NCBI GenBank assembly: GCA_030141605.1 | Contig: JAQGDQ010000327.1 | Coordinates: forward strand, 62,001 to 126,000 | Direction: 5' to 3' | From: Tubiluchus corallicola | Lineage: Eukaryota; Animalia; Priapulida | DNA length: 64,000 nucleotides | Shown: one piece after another, positions 1-12,911 of the stretch | Layout: each line of letters opens with the position of its first letter | Position numbering within the stretch: position 1 is the first letter of the stretch | The notes under the pieces: model-generated | Told to the model about the DNA's origin: nothing | Database searches by the model: none | Seen by the model: the letters and a program-made list of their open reading frames with translations, nothing else | Program-made: the position numbers and the translations under genes

Positions 1-544
1 CAACCGCTGCATGTGCAAAGTTTTATGCATTAACCTTTTATATTAAGTTATTGTTAGATTTGCACTGAGGATTGCAAAACATGTTATTGTAGGTTCTCTT
101 TACCACAGCTACATTTTTTAAAACCATTAAGCTTAAAGTTTTAAGCGTGGAAGCACCTCTTGAATTTGATAGCGATGTATTACTAACGTTTCAACGAATA
201 TTTACTTTTTAAGGTTTCTAATTTTTTCATAAATCATTCTACTGACAAAACTGCGCTGAGCAGGCAGCATTTCAACATTATTTTTACTTGTCGGCCTGCG
301 TTCTGTGTTCATTGTAGTGTAAGTATCAGTGCTACTATAATTATCAAGTACTACAATCTTATGAATAATTTGTACAAATTTCATGATTTTTATCAAAACA
401 CGAAAAAACTCAAAATGAGGCTAGCTTTCATTCACACACTGACTGGTGGTTTTCACTCTTTTTGCAGAAGCTTAAAATTGTTTTTTACAAAATGCAATAG
501 CATACAGTAAACGTATCACTCGTTTAATTACTACGCAAAGCGTA

Positions 545-750
545 ATGGAAACATTATTCATCGAAATTCATGTTCATCGAGGCAAAAACATAATTGTGGG
601 TGTAACTTATCGACATCCTGGTATCAATCCAACTAATTTTATCGATGAATTCTGTAACTTTTTGCACAGTCTGAATCAGCATCCTAAACATACATTTTTC
701 TTGGTGATTACAATCTCAACCTATTAAACGACTCTATCTATAATAATTTC
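545..750 (+). mobile_element. Degenerate LINE (CR1/L2 group) APE endonuclease fragment
   Basis: ETLFIEIHVHRGKNIIVGVTYRHP followed by a frameshifted F.LGDYNLNLL; these are APE-type YRxP and GDxN motifs. Confidence 0.7.
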
Positions 751-1895
751 GCAACTGCTGAAGGACCAGTGCCCCCTTGTTCTACTTGATTCTATCCTCG
801 TAGGATACGGCTTCCCACCTCCCATTACAGAAACTTCGTTACTATGATCCAGTAGTGGAACGACTACGCGAGCCAGCTTTTCACATAATGTAACTAGCGT
901 AAAAACAGACTATAAGCCATAGAATTACTACAAAATAGACTCGTATCTATGACAACCTTACTGCATGTAAGCCTCTCCAGCGCAGTCAGACCCCAACAAC
1001 ACTTCACTGTAAAAACTACTCAGGCGAAAATATGTACAGACAAGGCACAACTTCGCGGTGCGTGTGTTCCGTTCATGAGAATGACACTAATCGATGTTTC
1101 TTTTCAGCTATTATGAATTACACTTGTAGCTGTAAATTATGATTGTAATATATGATTTATTTATTTATAAATTATTGATTTATTCATTGTAGTTGATATA
1201 TTTATGATATGATTTTATTTATTATGAGCCATTATTGAAATTATTTGCATTTATTTTTCCAGTATTGCTTTAGAATGTAAGAGTCAAACTCTGCAAGACG
1301 TTCAAAAATAAACTTGTCACTCATTTTTCTTTTCAAAAATTGTAGAATTATTGTTCATTTATTAAACATTTTTTTTAAAAATGGGACGTGTGTTTTGTGC
1401 CTCTTATTACACTTAATGACATTGCTAATCTGGTTGAATCAGATCTCGGTAGGATTTCTCATACTGACCTCCTACTGTGTACTTGACCGGGACGGTCAAG
1501 AGTGGGGGAGGATTATGAGCTGAACAGGTGAATGTGCATTGTACATTTTTATTCATAGACAGTAGGCCAACCAACCTACAGGCAATGTTATGACCTCCAC
1601 TTTAAACTAGGAAGCCCATAACATTCCCTGCGATTGGTTGAGCAGTGGTTTCCTGTGGAATGAACGAACACGTGACATCGTCAGTTGTCTGTTTTTTGTC
1701 TGCCGAGTGTCGTTGATTTTTTTAAGGTTCGAAGCATTGTCATCAGGTTTTGTTTTTTTCTATTTGTGTTGTTCTTCTCAGTCGTCCCTTCTGATTTCCA
1801 AGTTTTGGTTTTGTTGTTTCTTTCTTAAAATTTCTGAGTGTCCGTTATGCAGCGCTTACCCGCTTAGCGCTTATCTACCGCTTAGACTATACAAA

Positions 1896-2054
<159 letters not shown>

Positions 2055-4566
2055 GTTTGACTGCCCTAATATCCAAAATTAATCACCTTGATCGGTTTTA
2101 ACATTGTGCAAAGTTTTGTAACTTAAGCGAAAAGAGCAGGTTTTTCCACCATTCTGCTAAACAATTATGCCGGGATCCCATCGGCTTTTTGCTTTTTGGG
2201 CTGTATGAATCGCTTTGCATTATTTTGAGGATAGAGGCAGCTTTCTGCATTCAAGAAGACTCAGTTGATTGTTTTTTGTTTGTATAATGAATCTTATGAT
2301 GAAACGGTTACTGTAACTGTTGACCATTTTGAAAACGGTGATTTTTGAAATGAAAATGACAGAAATGGGATCCCCGGGTCCAGCTACCCTTGAATAGATG
2401 TCATATTGGCTTCTTAATATTAATTTTTTGGAAATTTCTCTTAATTACGGTGTTTGTGCAAAAACTTGGCGGCCATTTTTTGTTTTTGTTTTAACCCTTT
2501 TCTGCTAATTTTTGGAGCTGGCAAAAGCGTTTTTGGGATTTAGCATTGTCAACTTGATAGACTATGTTGCCCACTTTTAGAAAAAACGCCCTCTAGGGTT
2601 CCACTTTTCTGAAAATGGGACTAAACTAATAGTGATTTAAGGCCTCTGCCTTATAAGCAGATTTAGTTCATTTTCCCATTTCCTGCATTTAAATTTGGCA
2701 TAAAAATTTAATTAATTGTGGGTTTATATCAATCTAACTAACAATTCAACATTGGAAATATTGATTTGTGTGGGTATAAGAGAGGATCTGCCTCGACAAG
2801 AGATGAACTTTTCACATTTCCTGAATTTTAATTTCAATATCAAAATTTAATAATTGTGTTTTTTTACACAAAAATAATTTTGACATTAATATTATAATTA
2901 TTACAGACGACAAGATATTTTGGTCAGACGTGACTAGAAAAAATCAGTATTTATGCCGATTTTTGCCAGATTTAGAAATTATTTGAACTAGTTAAATAGT
3001 AACTATGAATGACGATGCAATAAAAACTAATAATAATAAACATTAGTTAGTAGAATTTTAGTAATCGTAAAGAGTAAATTATTGTAGAATATATTTGAAG
3101 TAACTGGACGAATCTAGCCGAAGCACCGGGAACAGACGTACTCCTTTTGATGGGGTTTGTGATTGATTCTTGAACGTTTCAATGCCATCTGTTTTGGCTT
3201 TCGTTTTTGATATCATTATAGTGATTTGATTTGTTTGACAGCATTATTTGTGTCTTCCTGTTGAAATGCTATAGATTTTTGTGTGGACAAAAATTTTAAT
3301 CTGACGGAATTAAGACTCACATTTAAGGCTCAAGGTGCTTTTCACTGAGCTCACAAAGTTGAGCAGAATTTAACGTCATTTCTTTTTAACGAGATCTTCT
3401 ATTCGTTTATACTGTAAATCACATAATTATTACATTTATAGAAAATTACTAAAACTTTAGGAGCAGAGACAAAATGTGACAATTTTAAAACTATTTAAAC
3501 TAGTTAAAGATTAACCGTGAATCACGATGCAATTAAAACGAATAATAATAAACATTCCTAGTATAATTTAAATAATGATAAGGTGCGATTTATCATTCCA
3601 AAAATAAACAGCTGAAATAAAGAAATTACCTTACCACTAATTGCCCTTCTCTTTCAGTTATTCTGATTTTTGTTAACTTGTTGATAGGAATAATTTTAAC
3701 TTTGCTGACGTATGTAAATTTTTCTGGCGTTTGTTTTGACATGTAACTGTTACCAGTTAACATGGTGTGATCAGCACATGATATTTGGACATTTTATTCA
3801 CCAACATCTAATTATCTTTACACTTTTATCCTTGCAGGCCTCAAAATACGTTAGTTTGCTGTAAACACAGTTTAACACACCAACAGTTCCTAGCATTCTT
3901 ACTAGTTTATCTATCATTCTTAATTTTTTGTTATTTTATGTAAAATTGTGCACAACATTTTTCAACAGGTTTTGGATCAGTGAATTTTGTTTCAGAATAA
4001 CTGATGACGAGTCTAGCCAGAGGGTTCCACAAAGACCATTTTTATCAATTAATAAATTCTTGGCTTAAACAAAAGTGTTGCTTTCCAGCAAGATTGATCG
4101 AATTCTTACGTTATTTTTAATATTTTTGTTAAAAATTTAACCTACCTCGCGAGTTTAAAATATCGAGCGTTTATTGCCTGCTATACGCATAGGTCAAGAA
4201 CTTGTTTAGGTTTTTTAAGCCATGTCTGTGTGAATCCGTGGATTTTGTGTTCATTTATGGAGTGAATCCTGCGCTTTTATTTTGCGGTCGCGTTAGTTAA
4301 GCAGGAGGCGTAAACTGAAAAAAGTAGACGACGGTATTACAATTTTCAACATTATTCTTTCAAGTGATTATTTCCGTAATATGGTTTAGTTTTTATTCAC
4401 AAATACAAAAAGGATTTTGTTTGCAAATACAAGGTAAAGGTAGGTGAATGAATCTAACAATAAATATAACACTTGATGACATCAGGAACCGCCTGTTCAT
4501 GTCTGAACATTGTAAAAGTTACTCGTTTTTAAATGCACACTAATAAACCAAACAAAATAATAATAG

Positions 4567-4987
4567 TCCTGGAAAGTCACAGCGGCGATATCAAAGAAAC
4601 TGGACGTCTTCCACCAAAAATATCTTCGGAAAATGCTAAAAATATCCTATCGCGACCATGTTACCTATGTGGAAGTCCTACAGCAGGCGCAGTCAAGGCG
4701 GTTGCAGGAAATAGTCGCAGAGGGAAGACTGAGACTGGCTGGACATATTCTCTGCCTACCAGAACAACGCCACTCCAAAATAGTGTTACGCTGGGAACCA
4801 CCTGGTGGAAAAAGGAAAAGAGGTCGGCCAAAAACAACGTGGCGCAGATCTTTCAAAGAAGACCATCGGGCTATGAACAGACGTTGGGAGAACATCGAGA
4901 GAGAAGCCCACCGATAGAACCCAGTGGAAAATGATGTCTGCCCAATGTGCATCCGTGCACAGGAAGGACTAAGGTCTAAGGTAAGGT
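4567..4987 (+). mobile_element. RTE-clade LINE 3' fragment
   Basis: WKVTAAISKKLDVFH...LKISYRDHVT...RLRLAGHILCLP...GKRKRGRPKTTWRR, a typical RTE ORF C-terminus; ends in a short repeat tail (ctaaggtctaaggtaagg). Confidence 0.85.
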
Positions 4988-5133
4988 TAGCAACTGATAT
5001 TCTTAGCTACAACAAATGATAACATTAAAATATAATAGTAATTTTAATTTTATCTGTTAGTACTACAAAATCAACACCAGTTATTAAAGATTACTAGTAA
5101 AATTGAATTATCCATATTTTTCGCAAATAAATG

Positions 5134-5800
5134 TAACTACATCAGAATGAAATTTGTTGCGAACTGGTTTCGAACAATATTGTTCATTATAAAAGCATCT
5201 AGGACACAGAAATTTACCAGAATTTAGAAACAACGTCGAAATACAATTCAGTAGTTAAATGACCAAAACATATATGATATAATATTACACAGATAATTTA
5301 ACAATTTACTTTGCAGACTGCATATCTTGATCGGTATGAAACTATGTAACACTCCACAAACAAACAAACCATTATGTTTATAGTAACAGAACTGTCAATT
5401 TTAGGGAGATGCCATTTTGTGACTGAATTCCAAAGATGAGTTTGTGCACTTGCTACTGCTGAAGTGCACTTGAGCTTGTACAACACTAACAGTGTGTTGT
5501 AGTTTGTGGAATGCAGTAACAAAATGGCAGCTCTCTAAAATTGACAGTTCTGTTATTATTAACATAATGGTTTGCTTGTTTGTGGAGTGTTACATAGTTT
5601 CATACCAATCCAGATAATAGTCTGTAACGTAAATTGTTAAATTAGCTATATTGTATCATTATATCTTTTGGCTATTAACTACTGAATTGTATTTCGATGT
5701 TGTTTCTAAATTCTGGTAAATTTCTTTGTTTTTGGATGCCTTGATAATGACAAGTTTTGTTTGAAACTAATCGGCAATAAATTCCATTTTGATGTGATTA
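5134..5800. mobile_element. Foldback/MITE-like element with ~300-bp inverted arms
   Basis: About 5134-5432 is the diverged reverse complement of about 5507-5800, e.g. aaatttaccagaatttagaaacaac vs gttgtttctaaattctggtaaattt, and atgaaactatgtaacactccacaaacaa vs ttgtttgtggagtgttacatagtttcat. Confidence 0.85.
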
Positions 5801-5834
5801 TTAGTAAGTTTGTTTTTGCACTCTAATAATTTAC

Positions 5835-7279
5835 TCAACACTCTGACGTTCCATATAAATTACTCTCTGGCTCGTTTACTTGCTGTGCTTGTACGTTTTT
5901 ATCAGCTGTAAAGAATCCATTAATTTTTTGAATCAGCTGTTTCAATATGGGTTTACTTGCAGCAGATTCTGCTGCTTGATTGTTATTACTTGAATTCAAA
6001 ATCTGAGTTTGGAACACTAGTAAATTTGATGTGTCACTTTGTTGGAGTGGGTACCGTGTTACAGTCGTTCGTTTGGTACATTCCTCTACTACACTTGCCT
6101 CGACATAACCAGAAACAAAATCTGTAACTATTTTCGTTTCCCCCAACGTATGAGAATGTTCTATTTTTTCTACGTTGCTGTTTGTTGGCAGGCATTCTTC
6201 AGCTTTCTCGATTTTTTTATTTGAAACATCCTTTGAGGCTTCTATTACTATTGTATTATTATCTTTAAGATTATTCTCAATTGCAGTAACTTCTTTCATT
6301 TCTTCACTTCTAGTTGGATTTTTAGATAAGTGAGCCAAAATCAGCTGTGACTTTTTCTCTTTCTTCCTTTTTTTAATAAATTCGATCATGTGTTTTGCAA
6401 TGCTTTCTTCAGATTCATCGTCAGATTCCAGGAGTATGTCTTGCATTATTAAACTGATATCACCACTGGCAAATAAAGCGAGGAACTTGGTGCCCGAATA
6501 TTTACCCAAGGAAGGCACTTTCAATAGTTCATTCTTTTTATTATCACCTATTCCGTCATCTTTCCTAAAGCTTGAAATGTTATTACTGTTTTCGCACTGT
6601 TGCTTTGTTAAATCTTCGTGTGTAGTTTTGAGATTTTCTCTCTCTAGACAGTCTGTGATATTTCTTTCTGCGTTTGGATGGCCAATATTTGAGTAAATAA
6701 CGCCACATTTGTTGAAATTATCGATAGGCGTCATAATCTTTTCTTTGCCGTACATATTGTAGGCATTTGCTGCCAGCTGATGATTGTTTTCTATGGCAGA
6801 TTGTTCATGGCTTCCATCTCTAGGGTCCTCTATTAATATTTTAACATTATAAATTTGAGCAACGTCAGAACTGTGACTACCTTTATCCACGTTTTGTTTT
6901 AGATCGTATTCAGTTGTTAATTCATCTGCATGACTATCGGCACTAGCATACTTTGTATTGCTTTTTGCTCCACCTTGCATGTGTTCGTCATTGACACAGT
7001 CATTTTCGGCGAGCTCTGTCATAATCGATGTGCACGATTGTTCAATATGCGTGGTTTGCGCAGTTTTTCGATGGTCCTTTATCGCTTTACAGGTTTCTTC
7101 CTGGAACGTATCCTGTTGCAGGATTTTTGGTTCTTGGGACAAAGATCCGTCCATTCGTGGGGAAATACAATGTTGTAATTTTTGTTTAAGGTTTACCCAT
7201 TTGTGACGAGAAACATCATCCATGGTTGCTCGTTTTTTGGGATTGACTGTCAACATCTTTGCTATCAGGGACGAAACAT
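5835..7279 (-). CDS. NUAK: NUAK-family kinase terminal exon (subdomain XI plus ~450-aa divergent C-terminal tail)
   Basis: Acceptor tttgcAG at 7280-7281; encodes (N)VSSLIAKMLTVNPKKRATMDDVSRHKWVN, compare NUAK [26 protein letters not shown]; open to TGA at 5835-5837. Confidence 0.9.
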
Positions 7280-7808
7280 CTGCAAATATGATTTAAATTG
7301 GTTATGTGTCAAGCGGATAAATCAGAAAACTGCAATACTAAAATACTGTAATGTCGGTCAAGGTGTTAGTTAGCAGAAACTTTGGCGGGGGGGGGCGCAA
7401 ATTTTGACAGGGGGGCGCGCGCCCCGCCCCCTCCTATTTCCGCCCCTGCAGCTAACAGGTTTATATGCAACCTATATAAAAGCCTCTCACGTCTCTAATG
7501 TTAAAAGGTACACAATAGATTGGTGGAACAATATACATAAGTTTTTGATGAAACTAAAATTACAATAGCCAGTGACAAGAGGAAAGCATGTTAGTTGTTA
7601 GAGGAAAAACAGGAGTATTAGTTTGGTGGATCCTCCTGTTTTTCCTCTGATGGAATGATATGATAGATGAAATGATAAAGTGGATGATTAACAATGCTCA
7701 GATAATTGGCATACAAGAGAAGGATCGTATTAATTACCATATATTAGAGAGAAGAAGATCATCGAAGTTCATTGCTAGTTGGCTGTAATGCTTTAAATAA
7801 AGTTTATT

Positions 7809-8734
7809 CAGTAGGTGCCCTTAATAAAATCACGGTTAATAGACTCAATCGCTTAATTGACTCAAAAACGCCTGGTACGGGCCGCTTCTATTCAAATGTA
7901 TATAAAGCTGTCGGTAATTGACTCAAATAACTCCACTTAATTGACTGAATATTTTTCCATCACCTCCATCACCATATAAAATAAGATATTTATATGTGCC
8001 CAAAGAACCTTTCCTACTATTATGTCATCTTTACCTCCCTTTTGTGTACTGTGTATGCAGAAACAATCATGTTAAGTACCCTTTTGTTTGTGAGGTACAT
8101 TTATCATGCCTAGCGGTTTTGCTTTGAATCTGTTACTCGCTCGCCCACTGTTACCCAAAGAATTTCTGGAAGCTAAACATTTAACCACTTGTCTAGCAGT
8201 TTCCTTTTAATGCTCTACTTGCAAATCACGCTTTCAGGCTTAATCAGTTAAGATGCACGTACAGTATAATCAGCCATAATCAGCCAGTATTCCTTGTGAC
8301 TTACAAGAGTAAACATTGTGCAGTTAATAAGAGCAATGTAAGTGAGCAGACCATTCCGAACTGTTTTGGTCATGCACAACAACAGATCTACAACGTTTTT
8401 ATAATTACGAGAACTATGTGTGCCAAACTTCTTCGCGAGAAAATGAAGCAGCCGACCTTGAAGGAATTTTTGTAATATTTGCAAATAAACAGACTTGTGT
8501 GATTTAGAAAAGTACACAATTCACTTATATAAGTTAATATTTTAAATTTTTTTTTCTAATTTATAACTGCACAAACGAATTTAGGGATTAGTTCATTTCT
8601 AAAATTCATTAAGAACCGTTGCAGTGCATCGTAAGCTGACGACTCATACTTCTATACCTGTAATACTACACCCATCGGTTAATTGGGTTAAAATACGTTG
8701 GTCTCAACGTGAGTCTATTAAGCGGCACCTAATG
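7809..8734. mobile_element. Non-autonomous Tc1/mariner-pogo/Tigger-like element
   Basis: TIRs cagtaggtgcccttaata... and ...tattaagcggcacctaatg|ta; subterminal repeats (ttaattgactca); no ORF. Confidence 0.65.
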
Positions 8735-9289
8735 TAGTTCATTTGATAAGGGATTTGCTGAGGGTACATAAAACGTATTGTATTGCAAAATGTGCTTATA
8801 ACTGAAAAAGTGGTTATTTGATGCCACAAGTTTATGCATCACAATTACAAATGCATCTCGAAACAAATATATAATATGTTTTTTCGTAGCTTTTTAGGAA
8901 CTAACTTCCTGTTAGCTACGTAATTGATGATTACGTGGTGATGATATTATAGTAAGTACATTACATTTTGGTGTAAATAGTTATGTGAGATGGAATTTTT
9001 TGTTTAACATGATTGATAAATGCTAGAGTAATATCTGTTAAATGGGGGTAGCTGATTAGGATCACTGTACAGAATGATGTTAACGTTATTATTTACTGCA
9101 GTTAGGAATGGATTAATAGTAAGGAGCCAAATATTGTTGAAATGGGGGCATTCTAGAAAGAAGTGTTTGGGATCTTCAACTGAGGTTCCACATAAACAGT
9201 TAGGAGAGGGACCAATATAATTAGTAAACCATATGAGCAGCTAGGAGGCTGGTACCCAGCCTCATTCTCGTAAGATGACTTTGTCCTGA

Positions 9290-9500
9290 TCTATAACCAA
9301 GCTAAAAGTGAGATGGAGGGTAACGGAATCTGGAACTGGTCAAGATGGTCAATTGTACTTTTAGATTGTGCTAACGATGCTACATTTTTGACATCTTCAG
9401 GAACATATTTCCAGAGGTGCGGAGCTGATATAAAGGAGTCGTGATATAGGGTAGTTCTACAGCAGTTGTGCGCAACTCGTTTCAGCCGCATTCGCACTCC
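9290..9500 (-). mobile_element. LINE (CR1/L2-like) ORF2 C-terminal remnant
   Basis: DSFISAPHLWKYVPEDVKNVASLAQSK resembles the SF...LWNxLPxxIKxxxSLxxFK C-terminus. Confidence 0.5.
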
Positions 9501-10388
9501 GATGATGTCGCAAAATGTGGTTCACACCACCCCAAATGGGTTACAGCAAATGCAGAAAAACAGTCATAATTGGTTGCAAAGTGGCTTTCTGATGTAGTTT
9601 TAAGTGCTCTTTTGTTTCGATTAGTTTAGTTAGTACATTTAAACCTCGTTGAATACTGTTCTTCTGTTATAATGCCAGCCTCGCCATAACGCCAAGTTTT
9701 GTACTGTCCTACTTTCGGTAATGTATTAGGTTCATAAAGAATACCGCCAACCACATCTACAGCCACCCGTAACGCATTTGCTGTGCCAAACGTCTATTTT
9801 ACATCATGAATTAACTTCGTTACAACTCCAGACAGTGTGCATGAATTACAACTGGAAAAACGCCGTTGTATTGCAAGTTCAATGGCCTTTTAACATAAAA
9901 ATTCTCGTGATATTTAAAGATAAAATCTTGTAGCAAGTGACTGTACTTAAATGAAAATGAAAGTAAATTAATGTAGAAATATTAAGCTGATTAGAAGCAT
10001 GTATGAAGACATGAATAGTAGCTGCTGTATAGTGTAAATTAGAATTGACATGAAATGAACCTCGTGCAAAAGAAGCAAATCTGTGAATTTGCCTATGAAA
10101 ACAAAAGCAACAGATGTCAAGACATTGTAAACTATTTTTCTACTAAGTCTTACAAAGTGGTTAAACGACGTACAGTCGTTGATATCACCAATGAATCTAA
10201 AAATGGCTAAATACTGACGACGCGCCACTGTCAGCCAAAAAAAGTTGTCAGATAAAACAGCAAAAAACGGAGAAAGCCTTGTTTATCTGGTTTTCAAACG
10301 TTTGCTAAAATCGTGCCAATAATGCAAGATTTGTTGAAAGAGAAGACGAAACATTTTTGTTAGAGATTAGAAATAGGAAAATTGTACT

Positions 10389-10560
10389 GGGTGGCTCAAT
10401 GGTAGCGTGCTCGCTTAGCACCCGCGAGGTCATTGGTTCAACTCTAGACCGAGTCCTACCGAAGATTTAAAAAAAATGGTACCGCTGGCTCTTCGACCAA
10501 GCATGCAGTTTACCGAAGTAATAATAATCGGCACTACCGTGGAAATAAGTAGTGAGGTAC
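10389..10560 (+). mobile_element. tRNA-derived SINE
   Basis: A box tggctcaatgg (10392-10402), B box ggttcaactc (10435-10444), then a non-tRNA body ccgaagatttaaaaaaaatggtacc. Confidence 0.7.
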
Positions 10561-10619
10561 TTAATGTGTTATGATTGGACTATGATTATGATAAGTTCGT
10601 ATGAAGTTAAGCTACGGAT

Positions 10620-11530
10620 TTTCCAAGAAAACGATTAGTAGACAACACCACACCATACCACAACACCACACAACACCCACCACATCACACCACCCACACC
10701 ACACCAAACAACCATCCACCACACCAACCTACTGCTCCACTCACAGCATGCCACCTACACCACAGCACACCACACCAGTCACACTATCCAACAACATCAC
10801 ATTGCCCACACCATAGGACACCACCCACACCGTACCACCCCACCACATTATCCACACCACATCACCCACACCACATCATCAATACTACACCATACTACCC
10901 AGACCACACTAAACCACACACATCACCCACACCACTCCACCAACACCACACACAAGACACCATCCACAGCGCAACACCCACAGCATACCATTCACAGCAC
11001 ATTCACCGCACCCACCACATCAAATCCACCACATCACATGGTGATCATGATGTTGATGACGATGACGAAGATGACGACAATAATGATGACACCTAAAGTA
11101 CCAACACCAACAGTACAGCATCATAGTGCAACCGTTCAAAACATTTTGCACAAAGTCAAAACTGTGTGCTATAATAAATGCTATTAGTCTGTGGGGACAT
11201 TCTACATAGTTTTGTTTGCTGCAGATCTCAGATGATAACAGGCTAACAGAAACTAATTACATGTAAAACCTATAATACTGTAGAATGATGGGTGAAGACA
11301 ATGCCTGGAACAGCTGCGAAATTTTTCAAATTTAGAAATAAAGGTATAAGTTTTGCGAAAAATGGTCAAAAAGGGCCATTTTTGGAGGTTTTTCGCCTTC
11401 CTTGTTCCTCTTGGTGGGCCCGATTCGAAAAATAAACCCCTAAAGCTAAAGGACCAGATTGAGGCTTTTCGTTTGATATATCGACCATCGAATATGGTGC
11501 CATCCTGGAAGCTGCAGCCTCGAACCTCAT

Positions 11531-11567
<37 letters not shown>

Positions 11568-12862
11568 GGTTGTTATCATTTTGATCAGCTTTGTTTCTGC
11601 AGGTAGCGTCTGAATCTGGCTTATTTCTACTTTTATCTTGGAGCCGCCTCTGACTACCCCCTTCTATTTCACACAGTTCCTCCTTAGGCCTGTATATTAC
11701 GTAACATTGCTCGCAGGTCTATGGTATCTCTTCTTTTTCTGCATATACAGCAACTCTTCCTTTCTTTTTCGATCATTGTTTAAAGCATTAAGAGCCACCC
11801 AAATTAGCTCCTGAGTTAACAGCTCTTAACGAGGTTGTTTGATCACTGGTCACCTTGTAGCAGAACAACTATTTCTCAATTTTTATAAGATATAAGTTTG
11901 GCTCACTGTTTATATGTTTTATAAAAGTTGTATTACCTATCGTAATTTGTTGACGCGAAACTGATGTAGTGTGAAGCGAAGGAGTGAATCCAGTGCTTGA
12001 AATTCTATGATAATCGTTCGAAGTTGTGGCAGGCAGGGATTCAGAATTATCCACATTGTGCATCGCTCGGACAGTCACGAACGTGGTGAGTTTTCCCTAA
12101 GCAGTTAAAACATAGACCACGTGACTTGACTGCTGTCTTCTTTAGCAGAATCTCTTCTGTAATGGTGACTGTTGAAACCTTCAAAAATGGCCCCTTTTCG
12201 GCCGTTTTTTGCAAAACTTATACCTCTTATTTCTGAAGAATGGGTATGGGCTTGGGGTGGTGCTGGCCATGGATAGATAGCCCGTTCAGCGGTGGGTGTA
12301 GTAGGCGTATTTAGAATTCACGAGAGGGCTACGGCGTCCCTTAACGGACGTTTTCCCCAACTGCCGATTTTTTCGAAATTTGGCCAAACAGCATGCGGGA
12401 AAAACATTCTAGCGGCACCTGGTGGGATTCTCGGAAGGAGGTATGTAGTTTTTTAGAAAGAGGAGGAGCGGGGCTACACGATGGTGTGGGCTGTATTTTA
12501 GGATGTCTCCACCCTGAGGCGCTGTGACGAGTTGACTGGAGGTTCTATTTCCGGCGTTTTTTGTTTGGAAGTCTGCTGACGCAAAATCATTGTTCTGACG
12601 TCATCCATTATACTCTGCTTCTAACTTTATAACTTTAATTCAGTAAAAGCTGCTGCTGGCTTTGCGTTAGATAAATAAAAGAACACTAGGTAGAATGTTG
12701 ATTATCAGTGAATTTATACGCAAAATTTTTTGCAAGGCCTTTGCTAGTCTTATAATTAATTTTGGTGGTATATATATATATATATACCACCAAAATTAAT
12801 TATAAGACTAGCAAAGGCCTTGCAAAAAATTTTGCGTATAAATTATATATATACCACCAAAA

Positions 12863-12911
<49 letters not shown>

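Noticed and set aside
4001-4040. Second CTGATGA hammerhead candidate
   Set aside because: No GAAA after the putative stem II.
5835-7256. Stand-alone 473-aa gene, as suggested by the ORF track
   Set aside because: It begins with kinase subdomain XI behind a phase-compatible splice acceptor, so it is the last exon of the NUAK-like gene.
10389-10450. Functional tRNA gene
   Set aside because: No acceptor stem or T-run terminator; it continues into a SINE body.
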